DNA of 64,000 nucleotides from the NCBI GenBank assembly GCA_019636835.1, contig JAHBWU010000005.1, positions 10,848-74,847 on the forward strand. Direction: 5' to 3'. The translations under genes and the position numbers were made by a program. The notes under the pieces are model-generated. The model had not been told where the DNA came from, did no database searches, and worked only from the letters and a program-made list of their open reading frames with translations. Source of the stretch: Nitrospira sp. (lineage in GTDB: Bacteria; Nitrospirota; Nitrospiria; Nitrospirales; Nitrospiraceae). The number at the start of each line of letters is the position of its first letter. The stretch's first letter is position 1. Positions 20,609-30,022 of this stretch are shown here, in pieces.

Positions 20609-20806
20609 ATGCCGATTGATCCGGACGATCCGCCGATCTGGTTGCGTAAGCTGCATGTCACTGCGAAGCAGCTGAGCCTTGATGAATACCCTGCCACACC
20701 GGCAGAAGGAATACTCCAAGTCTGTCGCCTCTCAAGCGCACAGCGCAAGTTGATAAGAGCGTTCAGCGATTCGCACCGCGAGGAACACACCCCCACATAT
20801 CCTTAG
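20609..20806 (+). CDS. Small hypothetical protein (possible partner of the nucleotidyltransferase remnant)
   Basis: 65-aa ORF directly upstream of the NTase fragment; no recognisable motif. Confidence 0.35.
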   Translation: MPIDPDDPPIWLRKLHVTAKQLSLDEYPATPAEGILQVCRLSSAQRKLIRAFSDSHREEHTPTYP

Positions 20807-20832
20807 CCGGCCATCCATCCCAAAGACTCGTT

Positions 20833-21060
20833 ATGTCTCCACCCGACCAGAGCGACGCCGATTACTTGGATGTCCTCAGGACGGCTATCGAGGCACTCTC
20901 CAATCCACCGCTCCCCTTCTGCCTGATCGGAGCGTTAGCCCTGGGTGCTCACGGAAAACCTCGCGCCACGTACGATATTGACCTGCTCATTTTAGCCGAT
21001 CATGGAACGTGCGAATCATATGTTGCCGCTGCGCGTCGACATGGCTTCGATCCAAATTAG
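20833..21060 (+). pseudogene. Truncated Pol-beta-like nucleotidyltransferase (DUF6036/AbiEii-like N-terminus)
   Basis: FCLIGALALGAHGKPRATYDIDLLI motif; stops at 75 aa just before trxB. Confidence 0.65.
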
Positions 21061-21101
21061 CCTTCTACCGTCTCCTTCCTGTAGTGTGATACAGTCCCCG
21101 C

Positions 21102-22025
21102 ATGCACAACGTCGTTATCATCGGCTCCGGCCCTGCGGGGCTCACCGCTGCCATCTATGCTGCTCGTGCGAATCTCGCCCCGCTCCTCATCGAAGGCTGG
21201 CAAGCAGGTGGTCAGCTCACGACTACGACCGAGGTCGAAAACTACCCTGGTTTTGCAAAAAGCATCATGGGGCCTGAGTTAATCAAAGAGATGCGCTCTC
21301 AGGCAGAGCGGTTCGGAACGGTCTTCAAAACCGGTGATGTCACATCGGTCGATCTCCAAACTCGGCCTTTTAAAGTCGTTGTGGATGGTGAGAAAACCCT
21401 TGGAACCAAGACGTTGATCATCGCGACCGGCGCCTCTCCGATCACTCTTGGTCTCTCAAACGAAAAACGATTGTGGGGCTATGGTGTTTCGAGCTGCGCG
21501 ACCTGCGATGGGTTTTTCTTTAAAGGCAAAGAACTCGTTGTCGTAGGCGGCGGAGACAGCGCGATGGAAGAAGCGACGTTTCTCACCAAGTTCGCCACCA
21601 AAGTGTCGGTTGTTCACCGTCGCGACAAGCTTCGGGCTTCCAAAATCATGCAAGACCGAGCCATGAAAAATGAAAAAATTGCTTTTGTCTGGAACAGTGT
21701 CGTCGAAGATGTTCTTGGACAGGATGTCGTGACCGGTGTTCGCATCAGAAATGTCATCACCGGAAAAGTCTGGGATTTGCACTGTGCCGGGTTCTTTCTG
21801 GCGATCGGCCACCGTCCAAACACCACGCTCTTCACTGGCCAGCTGAAGATGGACGGCGCGGGTTATATCCTGACGAATCATGGAACAGCCACCAATGTTT
21901 CCGGTGTATTTGCGGCCGGGGATGTACAAGACTCCCACTATCGCCAAGCCATCACCGCAGCCGGTACCGGCTGTATGGCTGCAATCGACGCCGAACGGTT
22001 CTTGGAAACTTCAAGCCAAGGTTGA
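21102..22025 (+). CDS. trxB: Thioredoxin-disulfide reductase
   Basis: IIGSGPAG, VENYPGF, CATCDG, GGGDSA and YRQAITAAG motifs. Confidence 0.97.
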   Translation: MHNVVIIGSGPAGLTAAIYAARANLAPLLIEGWQAGGQLTTTTEVENYPGFAKSIMGPELIKEMRSQAERFGTVFKTGDVTSVDLQTRPFKVVVDGEKTLGTKTLIIATGASPITLGLSNEKRLWGYGVSSCATCDGFFFKGKELVVVGGGDSAMEEATFLTKFATKVSVVHRRDKLRASKIMQDRAMKNEKIAFVWNSVVEDVLGQDVVTGVRIRNVITGKVWDLHCAGFFLAIGHRPNTTLFTGQLKMDGAGYILTNHGTATNVSGVFAAGDVQDSHYRQAITAAGTGCMAAIDAERFLETSSQG

Positions 22026-22080
22026 GGCTACGGCTGAGCTTTCAGGGAAAGAACGACCTTCGACCTTAACCTCGACCTCA
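22018..22080. repeat. Imperfect inverted repeat built from hexamers (REP-like)
   Basis: AAGGTTGAGGCTACGGCTGAG ... TTCGACCTTAACCTCGACCTCA, with 6-nt periodicity in both arms; overlaps the trxB stop. Confidence 0.5.
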
Positions 22081-22093
22081 ATCTATCTCCAGT

Positions 22094-23281
22094 ATGCGTT
22101 GCGTCATCGCCCACTACCACGAGCTCGCTCTAAAGGGGAACAATCGAGACTACTTCGAGCAGCGCCTCATTAAGAACATCCGGACCGCCCTGAAGGATCT
22201 CGGAGTTCGGCAAGTCGAGAACCTTCACAGTCGAATCCGTATCTGGCTCCCACCCGAAGCCTCACGCGAAATGGTTCGAGACCGGCTCAAACGTATATGC
22301 GGCATTGCCAATTTTTTGCTGGGCCGTGTGGTTCCGCTGCAATTGACTCATCCCGACCTGGATGCGATCACAACGGCCGTCCTCGAAGAAATTGAATCGC
22401 AATCCTTCACCACGTTCCGGGTCACAGCCAGACGAGCAGACAAGCGCCTGACGTTGACTTCGATGGACATAGAAAAAGCGCTCGGGGCGGCGGTCTGTGC
22501 CAGAACCGGGAAGAAAGTCAGCTTAAAGAATCCTGACTTGACGATTTATGCCGAACTTCTGTCGAAGGAAGCCTTCTGCTCGGCGGAAAAGACCGAAGGT
22601 CCCGGCGGCATGCCGGTCGGTGTGAGTGGAAAGATCGCCTGCCTGATTTCGGGGGGGATCGACTCACCTGTGGCCGCCTATCGCATGATAAAGCGCGGCT
22701 GCCTTGCTTCTTTCATTCATTTTTCGGGGCGGCCGTTGGTCAGTCGGGCCTCGGAAGAAAAAGTCCACGAACTCGTACGGCACCTCACCACCTTTCAATA
22801 CGAGTCACGTCTCTATGTGATTCCTTTTGGGGAAATCCAGCGAGAAATCATCCTGAGCGCGCCTGCCCAGTTCCGCATCGTACTGTACAGACGGATGATG
22901 ATCCGAATCGCCCAAGAGTTGGCGAGAAAAGAACAGTGTTGGGCGTTAGTGACCGGCGATAGCCTGGGTCAAGTAGCCTCTCAAACGCCTCAGAATTTGT
23001 GTGCGATTGAAGAAGCGGCAGAGCTGCCGATCCTCCGACCATTGATCGGCATGGACAAACGCGAAATCATCGACGAAGCCAGACGTCTCGGCACCTACGA
23101 GACGTCGATAGAGCCGGATCAGGACTGTTGCAAACTATTTGTGCCTCCCCATCCCAGCACCAAAACTCGCCTTGAAGATGTGCAAAAAGTCGAACGCCTG
23201 ATTGATGTCTCTACCTTGGTAAAACGAGGGGTGGAGACCGCAGAGTTAACCGAGTTGTTATTTCCCCCTTCGACTTCGTAA
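22094..23281 (+). CDS. thiI: tRNA 4-thiouridine synthase ThiI (no rhodanese domain)
   Basis: ELALKG.NR, THUMP domain, SGGIDS PP-loop, GDSLGQVASQT and DCC motifs. Confidence 0.95.
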   Translation: MRCVIAHYHELALKGNNRDYFEQRLIKNIRTALKDLGVRQVENLHSRIRIWLPPEASREMVRDRLKRICGIANFLLGRVVPLQLTHPDLDAITTAVLEEIESQSFTTFRVTARRADKRLTLTSMDIEKALGAAVCARTGKKVSLKNPDLTIYAELLSKEAFCSAEKTEGPGGMPVGVSGKIACLISGGIDSPVAAYRMIKRGCLASFIHFSGRPLVSRASEEKVHELVRHLTTFQYESRLYVIPFGEIQREIILSAPAQFRIVLYRRMMIRIAQELARKEQCWALVTGDSLGQVASQTPQNLCAIEEAAELPILRPLIGMDKREIIDEARRLGTYETSIEPDQDCCKLFVPPHPSTKTRLEDVQKVERLIDVSTLVKRGVETAELTELLFPPSTS

Positions 23282-23333
23282 CGCGCACACATGTTCCGTT
23301 TCAAACCAAGTCTCGTGCGGTCCCGTACAGCCA

Positions 23334-23362
23334 TTGCAAAACTGCATCGACCACGGTAAGCT
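23334..23362 (+). promoter_or_regulatory. Putative sigma70 promoter of tRNA-Ser
   Basis: TTGCAA-N17-TAAGCT, about 70 nt upstream of the tRNA. Confidence 0.5.
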
Positions 23363-23431
23363 CGGCACGCTCATCGAGCATGTTCCCCTCACCTGCTCGA
23401 TACTCAAACCAGCCGACGATCTGCCATAAGC

Positions 23432-23521
<90 letters not shown>

Positions 23522-23587
23522 TACCAACAGCTGTGTCTGCTCAATTTACCGAACCGATCCAAACCCAATCGCTCTAAGAACAACAGA

Positions 23588-23731
23588 GAGAGGGTGGGAT
23601 TCGAACAAGAGGGTCCGCGGGGGAAAGGTTCCCCCGCGTGGAGAGTTTACGAGGGGGCTGGCCCCCTCAGTAGGAGCGTGAGGCATCTTGGCGAACGCGA
23701 CTTCGAATTCCCATCCTCTCCGCCATACCAA
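23588..23731. repeat. tRNA-derived element: antisense copy of the tRNA 3' end, two GC hairpins, then a direct copy of the tRNA 3' end
   Basis: 23588-23606 is the exact reverse complement of 23498-23516. 23702-23731 (TTCGAATTCCCATCCTCTCCGCCATACCAA) repeats 23499-23527 with 2 differences. Confidence 0.85.
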
Positions 23732-23849
23732 GCTTGGTCGTACCCGAGCCCTTACGATTACTCTTGGCGACAGGATAAACACCTCCAGTGCCCCCTCTTT
23801 GTCGCTGTATCATAATTGCTGCAGACAGATAAGCACCTCTGGTGCTTCA

Positions 23850-25388
23850 CTAAGGTCTAACCTCTCTCGTCTTCTTTTCCAACACCCTCCGCAATTCCAC
23901 CATCGCCAACGTATCTCGTGCGCAATAGCGCAACAGCGCCTGCCGTATGGAATCCCGTTCCACCCAATCGCTTTCAAGAAAGACCATCCGGTAGTATTCA
24001 GCTGCCGCCTGCCCACCCTCTTGAATCGTGAGATCGCCATATCCGAGCGATGGCACCACGGCCGGCAACACAGACTTAATCGAATACGATCCATTAAAAT
24101 CAGGATGATAATAGTGACTCTTGATCACAGGGAGCAGATCCCACAACCGCTTCACAATCGCCTTGAACGCCGACTTAAACTCCGGAAACGTCTCCGCAAG
24201 TTGGCGTAGTAGGGCTTCCTCATAGGCTGAATACACAACGATGCTGCCTTTTTCTCCAAGCGACTCGATCAAGGCCTCGGCCCAACGCCTGCGCGGCTCC
24301 GACGCCTCACCATGAAGAAACTCCTGGTGCATTACTTCACCGGATTCGAGTTCAATGTGGTTGGACCACTGAACCGGAAGCGACTGATAGGGCCTAGTAG
24401 AAGGAAACCGCGGCAGCGCCAACATGACGGTCTCGGCATCCAGATGGTGGATGGGATAACTGACGGAACGAAGAATCCGACCTAACTCCGATGAAGTCCA
24501 CTCGACGTTGTCTTTGACCTTCCTTTGTACATCCGACAGCCTTGTGTCATCCGGAATTTCGTCGATCGTCATGATGCCTTGCCGGACAAGCTGACCGACG
24601 ATCTCTTTCTTGCCCGGCAGGAAATAGATCCAACGCTGCGGTTTTTCCTTCGTACAATGAGCCCAGAATGGACATTCATAGGGAGTATGGCAATGCTGAT
24701 CAGGCTCGATCTCCGGTGGCTCAGAATTCAGCAACATCGCCTTCATAGCAATCAATCGTTCCGGCACCCGCCCTCGTCGATCTGTCACTGCTTCGGATAC
24801 GTCTTCAATCGAGAAGAGCGTCTGCAGTTCAACTTCTCCGCCTTGATAGAGATACCCCGTGTCGATATGCATCAGACAGGTCGCAGCAAGCCGTAACCCG
24901 ACCCCTTGGACGACGTGGCTTTGTATAGAGAGGTCATCAAGATGGACATCTTTCACCCTGGTCGATGACTTCACTTCAATCAAACGCCAAGACGATGTTC
25001 CTGTCTCGCTATTGTGCACACGTTCTAAAATATCGACGCGCACGAACACGCCATCATATTCGAAGGCCCCCTCGAAAATGGCGGAAACCATGGGATCTTG
25101 AAGCAAGGCCGCGGTCTCTGCGATTGCCGCCTCTCGCTGACGGAATCCTGCTTTGACGAGGACGCCGTCACGAAAGCGCCGCTGCGCCAGGATCCCAATC
25201 TCCGTTCCCATGTCCAAGATCGCCTGCGTCGACGCATCCGGCGGGGTTGCCAAGGTAGGCTGATGAATCTCCAGATAAAGCCGCTTGTGACATTGCAATC
25301 CAGAAAGGAACTTCGATTTCGACAGGCGCGGTGGTGCGAACCTCGTGGGAACTCCGGTGTGAACGTCGGCCATCGTCATACAGTCCAC
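23850..25388 (-). CDS. DUF2779-type protein: Cas4/RecB-like nuclease plus RNase H-like exonuclease domain
   Basis: LSKS...QCHKR, RVDIL...IEVKSS and CHTPYECPFWAHC motifs, followed by LDAET, SYSIKSVLP and YCARD. Confidence 0.85.
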   Translation of the reverse strand: MDCMTMADVHTGVPTRFAPPRLSKSKFLSGLQCHKRLYLEIHQPTLATPPDASTQAILDMGTEIGILAQRRFRDGVLVKAGFRQREAAIAETAALLQDPMVSAIFEGAFEYDGVFVRVDILERVHNSETGTSSWRLIEVKSSTRVKDVHLDDLSIQSHVVQGVGLRLAATCLMHIDTGYLYQGGEVELQTLFSIEDVSEAVTDRRGRVPERLIAMKAMLLNSEPPEIEPDQHCHTPYECPFWAHCTKEKPQRWIYFLPGKKEIVGQLVRQGIMTIDEIPDDTRLSDVQRKVKDNVEWTSSELGRILRSVSYPIHHLDAETVMLALPRFPSTRPYQSLPVQWSNHIELESGEVMHQEFLHGEASEPRRRWAEALIESLGEKGSIVVYSAYEEALLRQLAETFPEFKSAFKAIVKRLWDLLPVIKSHYYHPDFNGSYSIKSVLPAVVPSLGYGDLTIQEGGQAAAEYYRMVFLESDWVERDSIRQALLRYCARDTLAMVELRRVLEKKTREVRP

Positions 25389-25446
25389 GGTGCGAGCAAC
25401 AATTTCTCACATGGTACGAGGAGGAACTCTGTTAGGATAGCGCCCC

Positions 25447-26772
25447 ATGGGCAACGCTGTCACCCAGATCAGACGGTCCGTGATGATCTTAGCACTCCCC
25501 GTCACGCTCACCACGTTTCTCCAACGGGCCGAAGGCATTGTCGCCGTGCTCTTGGTCGGCGGGTTGGGAGCCACTTCAATCGCCGCGGTCGGCCTCGGTC
25601 AACTGTTGGCTTTCGTGGCAACCACCTTGGTCTCAGGCATTTCGGTTGGGACGAATGTGATTGTCGCCCAGCTATGGGGAGCGCGGCGCCGACAAGACGC
25701 GGGAGAAGCGGCCCGTCACTTCTTGTGGCTTTCAATCGGCGTCTCGCTCGTATTGGCCGGCCTTGGGATAGCCGGCAATCAGTTCGTCATGCAGCAACTC
25801 GGCGCAGAATCCGCCGTCATTGAGCTCGCCCTCCCCTATTCGACGGTCATCTTCCTTGTGATTCCCTGTACCGTACTCATCCAAGTCTTGTCGTCCATCC
25901 TCCAAGGCACAGGCGACACGAAGACCCCCATGTACGGCTTGATCGGTGTCAACCTTCTTCATGTATTCCTTGCGTACCCTCTTATCTATGGGCGATGGGG
26001 AGCTCCGCATTTGGGCCTCAAGGGAGCGGCCATCGCTGTCGGACTCGCCGAAGCAACGGGAATGCTCTATCTCTTACTGCGTTGTCGTACCATTTTGAAA
26101 GAGTCGTCTACGCTGCGCCTGGATTTGATTCGATCGATCTGGGAGGTGGGAGCGTCGGTGTCCGGTGAACGCATCGTTCAACAGGCCGGCATCTTTATCT
26201 ACACCAAACTCGTCCTGCTCTATGGCACGGTGGCCTATGCCGCGCATCAAGTCGGGTTATCGATTGAATCCTTCTCCTTCCTTCCTGGGTATGGACTTGC
26301 CATTGCAGCCGCCACCATGGTGGGACAAAGCATCGGAGCCGGCAAGTATACCAGAGCGAAACTGGAAAACTGGGAAGCCAACCGGCTGGCCATTGTGATC
26401 ATGGCCGGTATGGGTCTCCTCTTTTTCTTCTTCCCCCATACGTTGCTTCGTGCGTTCACAACCGATGAAGCCGTGATCGAGCTCGGAACAATGTTTTTAC
26501 AAATCGTCGCCTTATTGCAAGTCCCGCTGGCTCTCACCATGGTCCTGGCTGGATCACTTCGTGGCGCCGGCGACACACGCTTCATTATGGGCGCCACGAT
26601 GATCGGCATGTGGGGCGTCCGCGTCCCGTTGGCCCTAGTGGCCGCTCTCTGTACACGCCAATCCGTCTTCTATATTTGGGCGGCGATGATCGCGGACTGG
26701 ACGGTTCGGATGGGGTTGTTACTCTGGCGATATCAATCGGAACGATGGCGACAGATTCAGGTGATTCGATAA
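25447..26772 (+). CDS. MATE family efflux transporter
   Basis: About 12 TM segments; QGTGDTKTP, GLKGAAIA and LRGAGDT motifs. Confidence 0.92.
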   Translation: MGNAVTQIRRSVMILALPVTLTTFLQRAEGIVAVLLVGGLGATSIAAVGLGQLLAFVATTLVSGISVGTNVIVAQLWGARRRQDAGEAARHFLWLSIGVSLVLAGLGIAGNQFVMQQLGAESAVIELALPYSTVIFLVIPCTVLIQVLSSILQGTGDTKTPMYGLIGVNLLHVFLAYPLIYGRWGAPHLGLKGAAIAVGLAEATGMLYLLLRCRTILKESSTLRLDLIRSIWEVGASVSGERIVQQAGIFIYTKLVLLYGTVAYAAHQVGLSIESFSFLPGYGLAIAAATMVGQSIGAGKYTRAKLENWEANRLAIVIMAGMGLLFFFFPHTLLRAFTTDEAVIELGTMFLQIVALLQVPLALTMVLAGSLRGAGDTRFIMGATMIGMWGVRVPLALVAALCTRQSVFYIWAAMIADWTVRMGLLLWRYQSERWRQIQVIR

Positions 26773-26893
26773 CAGTGACCGACACAGTAGCGATGGTTTT
26801 CAGACAGCCTAAGGCCTGCCCTATTGAGATGAGATGCATGCCGCAGGAGTTGCGGGATCCGAATCTCCGGATGTATCGGGCTGCCGGCGCACC

Positions 26894-27526
26894 TTACGTG
26901 CGAACAGCCGTTTCATAGAGCGAGACAAACTCCTGCGAGTTGAAATCGTAGACCCATACATCTCCGGTTGAAATGGAATAGACCCAGCCGTGGAGATCCA
27001 CTTTCCCCTTACGCAACTGCAGGGCGACGGCTGGATGTGTGCGCAGGTGTTCGATTTGGACACGGACATTCTCTTGAATCGTCTTGATGAGGCGATCACT
27101 GCCTTTGATATCAGGATAGAGTTCACGCATCAACCGTCTGGTCGTTTCAACTTGGCCCACCCATTCTTTGACGGCCGGCAGGTTTTGTACCTCCTCAGGA
27201 TTCAAAAGGGCTTTCATGACGCCGCAATCGGTATGGCCACACACGATGATATGGGGCACCCGTAAAACCGCCATCGCATATTCTATCGTCGCGGTGGTGC
27301 CGCCCTGCATGGAACCGTAGGGCGGCACAATATTCCCGGCATTTCGCAGGATAAATAACTCGCCAGGATCGGCCTGCGTGAGGAGAGTGGGGTCAACTCG
27401 CGAATCGGAGCAGGTAATGAAGAGCGCACGGGGAGCCTGGCTCTGTGACAGCCGTGTGAACAACGCTTTCTTCTTTCCGAACACTTCGCCGCGAAACTTC
27501 AAGAAGCCTTTAACGAGCTTTTCCAT
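26894..27526 (-). CDS. Beta-class carbonic anhydrase
   Basis: Intact CSDSR, RNAGN and GHTDCG zinc motifs. Confidence 0.95.
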   Translation of the reverse strand: MEKLVKGFLKFRGEVFGKKKALFTRLSQSQAPRALFITCSDSRVDPTLLTQADPGELFILRNAGNIVPPYGSMQGGTTATIEYAMAVLRVPHIIVCGHTDCGVMKALLNPEEVQNLPAVKEWVGQVETTRRLMRELYPDIKGSDRLIKTIQENVRVQIEHLRTHPAVALQLRKGKVDLHGWVYSISTGDVWVYDFNSQEFVSLYETAVRT

Positions 27527-27627
27527 TATCGAGTCTCTTCTGATCGCCTATTGATGTGCATAGAATCATCATTCCACTCGCAAAAGGGACGAGTCTCCCG
27601 TTGAATAGCCGATCGATGCCGTTCACT

Positions 27628-29880
27628 CTATCGCAGCTTTGCTTTCTCTTTGACGAGCAGATGGTCTTGTAAAAACTCGATGTTTCCCGTAACGACATCG
27701 TACATTGCGCCCACGATCGCGATCTGCCTCTTCCTGATGAGACCATCGATTGTCCTACTTTGCTTGTGCAGTTGTTCGACAACTCGCACAACATTCCGAC
27801 GGGCCACGACATCCATTACCGTCCCTGCCTCCTCGGCCGATCGTTCACTCAAATCTCGACAGATCTCTTGGTCAGCCGATTGTTGAAGTTCGTTGACGAT
27901 GTAATGGAAGTGCTCAAACCCTGCTGCTTCAGCGCTCATCTGGGTCGAGCAAAGGAGCTTGACGGCTGCACTGACAGCGCCGCATCGCGTGTGCCCCATG
28001 ACAAGAATGAGTTTCGCTCCAGCCACCGCACATCCGTATTCCGCGCTGGCGAGAACCTTCCGACTTGAGATATTGCCGGCGATACGAACACTGAAGATGT
28101 CCCCCATGCCCAGGTCAAACACTCGCTCTGCGGGAGTTGGGGAATCGATACAACTGAGAACGACGGCTAACGGATGTTGGCCTTCCGCCGTGGCACGGAC
28201 TTGACGATTGAAGTCTCGGGTGAGATGCCGCCCGGTGCGTACTCGTTCGTTGCCGTCCTTGAGGATTTGCAGGACCTGCTGCGGAGTGATGGCATCTTGG
28301 AGTTCGCGGGTCGAATAATCGACATACTGGATCGTATCTTCAAAGTTATACTCGCCCCGGAATCCCACCAGACTGACCTCAACGCCATGGGCCGGCCCGG
28401 TTTGTTCCTTGAAATCTCGAATCAAGTCCAGCACGTCCGGATCGATGTAATCCGTGTTCCGTGCGTCAAGCAAGACATGGCCGTGGCGAGGGACTTCATT
28501 CAGCGCCTTAGAAAGAGCAGCACGATTCAAGAAACTCACTTGATTAGCCAGTTCGATATGGACCACCTCTCCACCGAGGTGCTTTTCCACAAAGCGATGC
28601 ACCGGACGGCGCATGTTGCTGTTGAGGATGAAGGCGATGGCCACAACCATGCCGATGACAATCCCGATCAAGAGATCCGTAAAAACTATGGCCACCACGG
28701 TCGCCACAAAAGGAATGAATTGGTAACGGCCCTCGTTCCACATTTGCCTCACGAGCGCCGGACTGGCCAGTTTAATGCCGGTCACGATCAAAATTGCCGC
28801 GAGACAGGATAACGGGATCATATTCAGCCAGGTCGGGATGAGCGGAACGCTGACCAACAGCAACGTGCCGTGAATGATCGTAGCCAGTTTCGTTTTTCCA
28901 CCGGCGTTGACGTTCACGGAGCCACGGATGACCACTGACGTGACCGGCAGTCCGCCGACCAATCCACACGCTACGTTTCCAATGCCTTGAGCCAACAATT
29001 CTTGACTCGGAGGCGAGATGCGCTGCTGCGGGTCTAGCCGATCCACTGCTTGCAAATTCAGTAAGGTTTCAAGAGACGCCACGATGGCTATAGTGAAACC
29101 TGCCGTATAGACCGCAGGATTCGTCCATTGCGAGAAGTCGAGGCGAGGAAGGAGACCGAAGAGCTCGCCTAAGTCGCTCGCAATCGGCACTTGAACCAAA
29201 TGGCTCGGTTTGATAAGCCAGGGATCGCCGAGTTGCTCGAACCACAACGCCGCTCCGATCCCGAAGAGGACCACTGCCACAGGAGCGGGAAAGAGTGACT
29301 TCTTCAGCGGCTCCCACTTGTCCCAGAGCACGAGCAGCGCAATGGACACCAGACCCATAACGGCGGAGCTCGGTTGGAAATCCCCGAACATACGGATGAG
29401 CTCAGTAAACGTCGTTTCGAAATCCGGTTGAAAGAAGGTCATTTCTCCTTCAGGGTCTGGGTCGTGTCCGACGAGATGCGGAATTTGCTTCAAGACAATG
29501 ATCACACCGATCGCGGCTAACAACCCTTTGATCACGCTGGACGGAACGAACGCGGCGATAAATCCCCCTTTGGCAATGCCTAGGACGATTTGAATCAATC
29601 CGGCAAGAATCACGGCCGTCAGAAAGATAGAAAATGACCCGAGTGAGAGAATAAGTGAGGCGACGACCGCCGTTAACCCAGCCGCCGGGCCGCTGACACT
29701 GGTGTGCGATCCACTGAACATTCCTACCACGATGCCGCCGACAATTCCGGCCAGCAGCCCCGACACTAAGGGTGCTCCCGACGCAAGCGCAATTCCCAGG
29801 CACAAGGGGAGCGCCACAAAAAAGACGACGAGACCTGATTTTGCGTCTGCTAGTAGGTTGCCAGGAGACATAGCGGACAT
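27628..29880 (-). CDS. SulP/SLC26 anion (probably bicarbonate) transporter fused to STAS and beta-carbonic anhydrase domains
   Basis: VALPLCLGIALASG, VSGPAAGL and ELLAQGIGN motifs; STAS YIDPD; CA domain with CIDSP, RIAGN and GHTRCG. Confidence 0.93.
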   Translation of the reverse strand: MSAMSPGNLLADAKSGLVVFFVALPLCLGIALASGAPLVSGLLAGIVGGIVVGMFSGSHTSVSGPAAGLTAVVASLILSLGSFSIFLTAVILAGLIQIVLGIAKGGFIAAFVPSSVIKGLLAAIGVIIVLKQIPHLVGHDPDPEGEMTFFQPDFETTFTELIRMFGDFQPSSAVMGLVSIALLVLWDKWEPLKKSLFPAPVAVVLFGIGAALWFEQLGDPWLIKPSHLVQVPIASDLGELFGLLPRLDFSQWTNPAVYTAGFTIAIVASLETLLNLQAVDRLDPQQRISPPSQELLAQGIGNVACGLVGGLPVTSVVIRGSVNVNAGGKTKLATIIHGTLLLVSVPLIPTWLNMIPLSCLAAILIVTGIKLASPALVRQMWNEGRYQFIPFVATVVAIVFTDLLIGIVIGMVVAIAFILNSNMRRPVHRFVEKHLGGEVVHIELANQVSFLNRAALSKALNEVPRHGHVLLDARNTDYIDPDVLDLIRDFKEQTGPAHGVEVSLVGFRGEYNFEDTIQYVDYSTRELQDAITPQQVLQILKDGNERVRTGRHLTRDFNRQVRATAEGQHPLAVVLSCIDSPTPAERVFDLGMGDIFSVRIAGNISSRKVLASAEYGCAVAGAKLILVMGHTRCGAVSAAVKLLCSTQMSAEAAGFEHFHYIVNELQQSADQEICRDLSERSAEEAGTVMDVVARRNVVRVVEQLHKQSRTIDGLIRKRQIAIVGAMYDVVTGNIEFLQDHLLVKEKAKLR

Positions 29881-30022
29881 TGTATGTCATGGGCCGAACT
29901 AACTCGAATCCGGAAATTGCCTAGCCCATGAGTGGGTTTCCGAATCGGCCAAAGTTGGGCACTCTCTCGTACTCTCGTAACCAGAGCATGCCTCTTGGTG
30001 CTATCGTGCCGAGACTATCAGG

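Noticed and set aside
23588-25388. CRISPR-Cas locus, suggested by the Cas4-like nuclease beside repeats
   Set aside because: I found no regularly spaced repeat-spacer array and no cas1/cas2 anywhere in the window.
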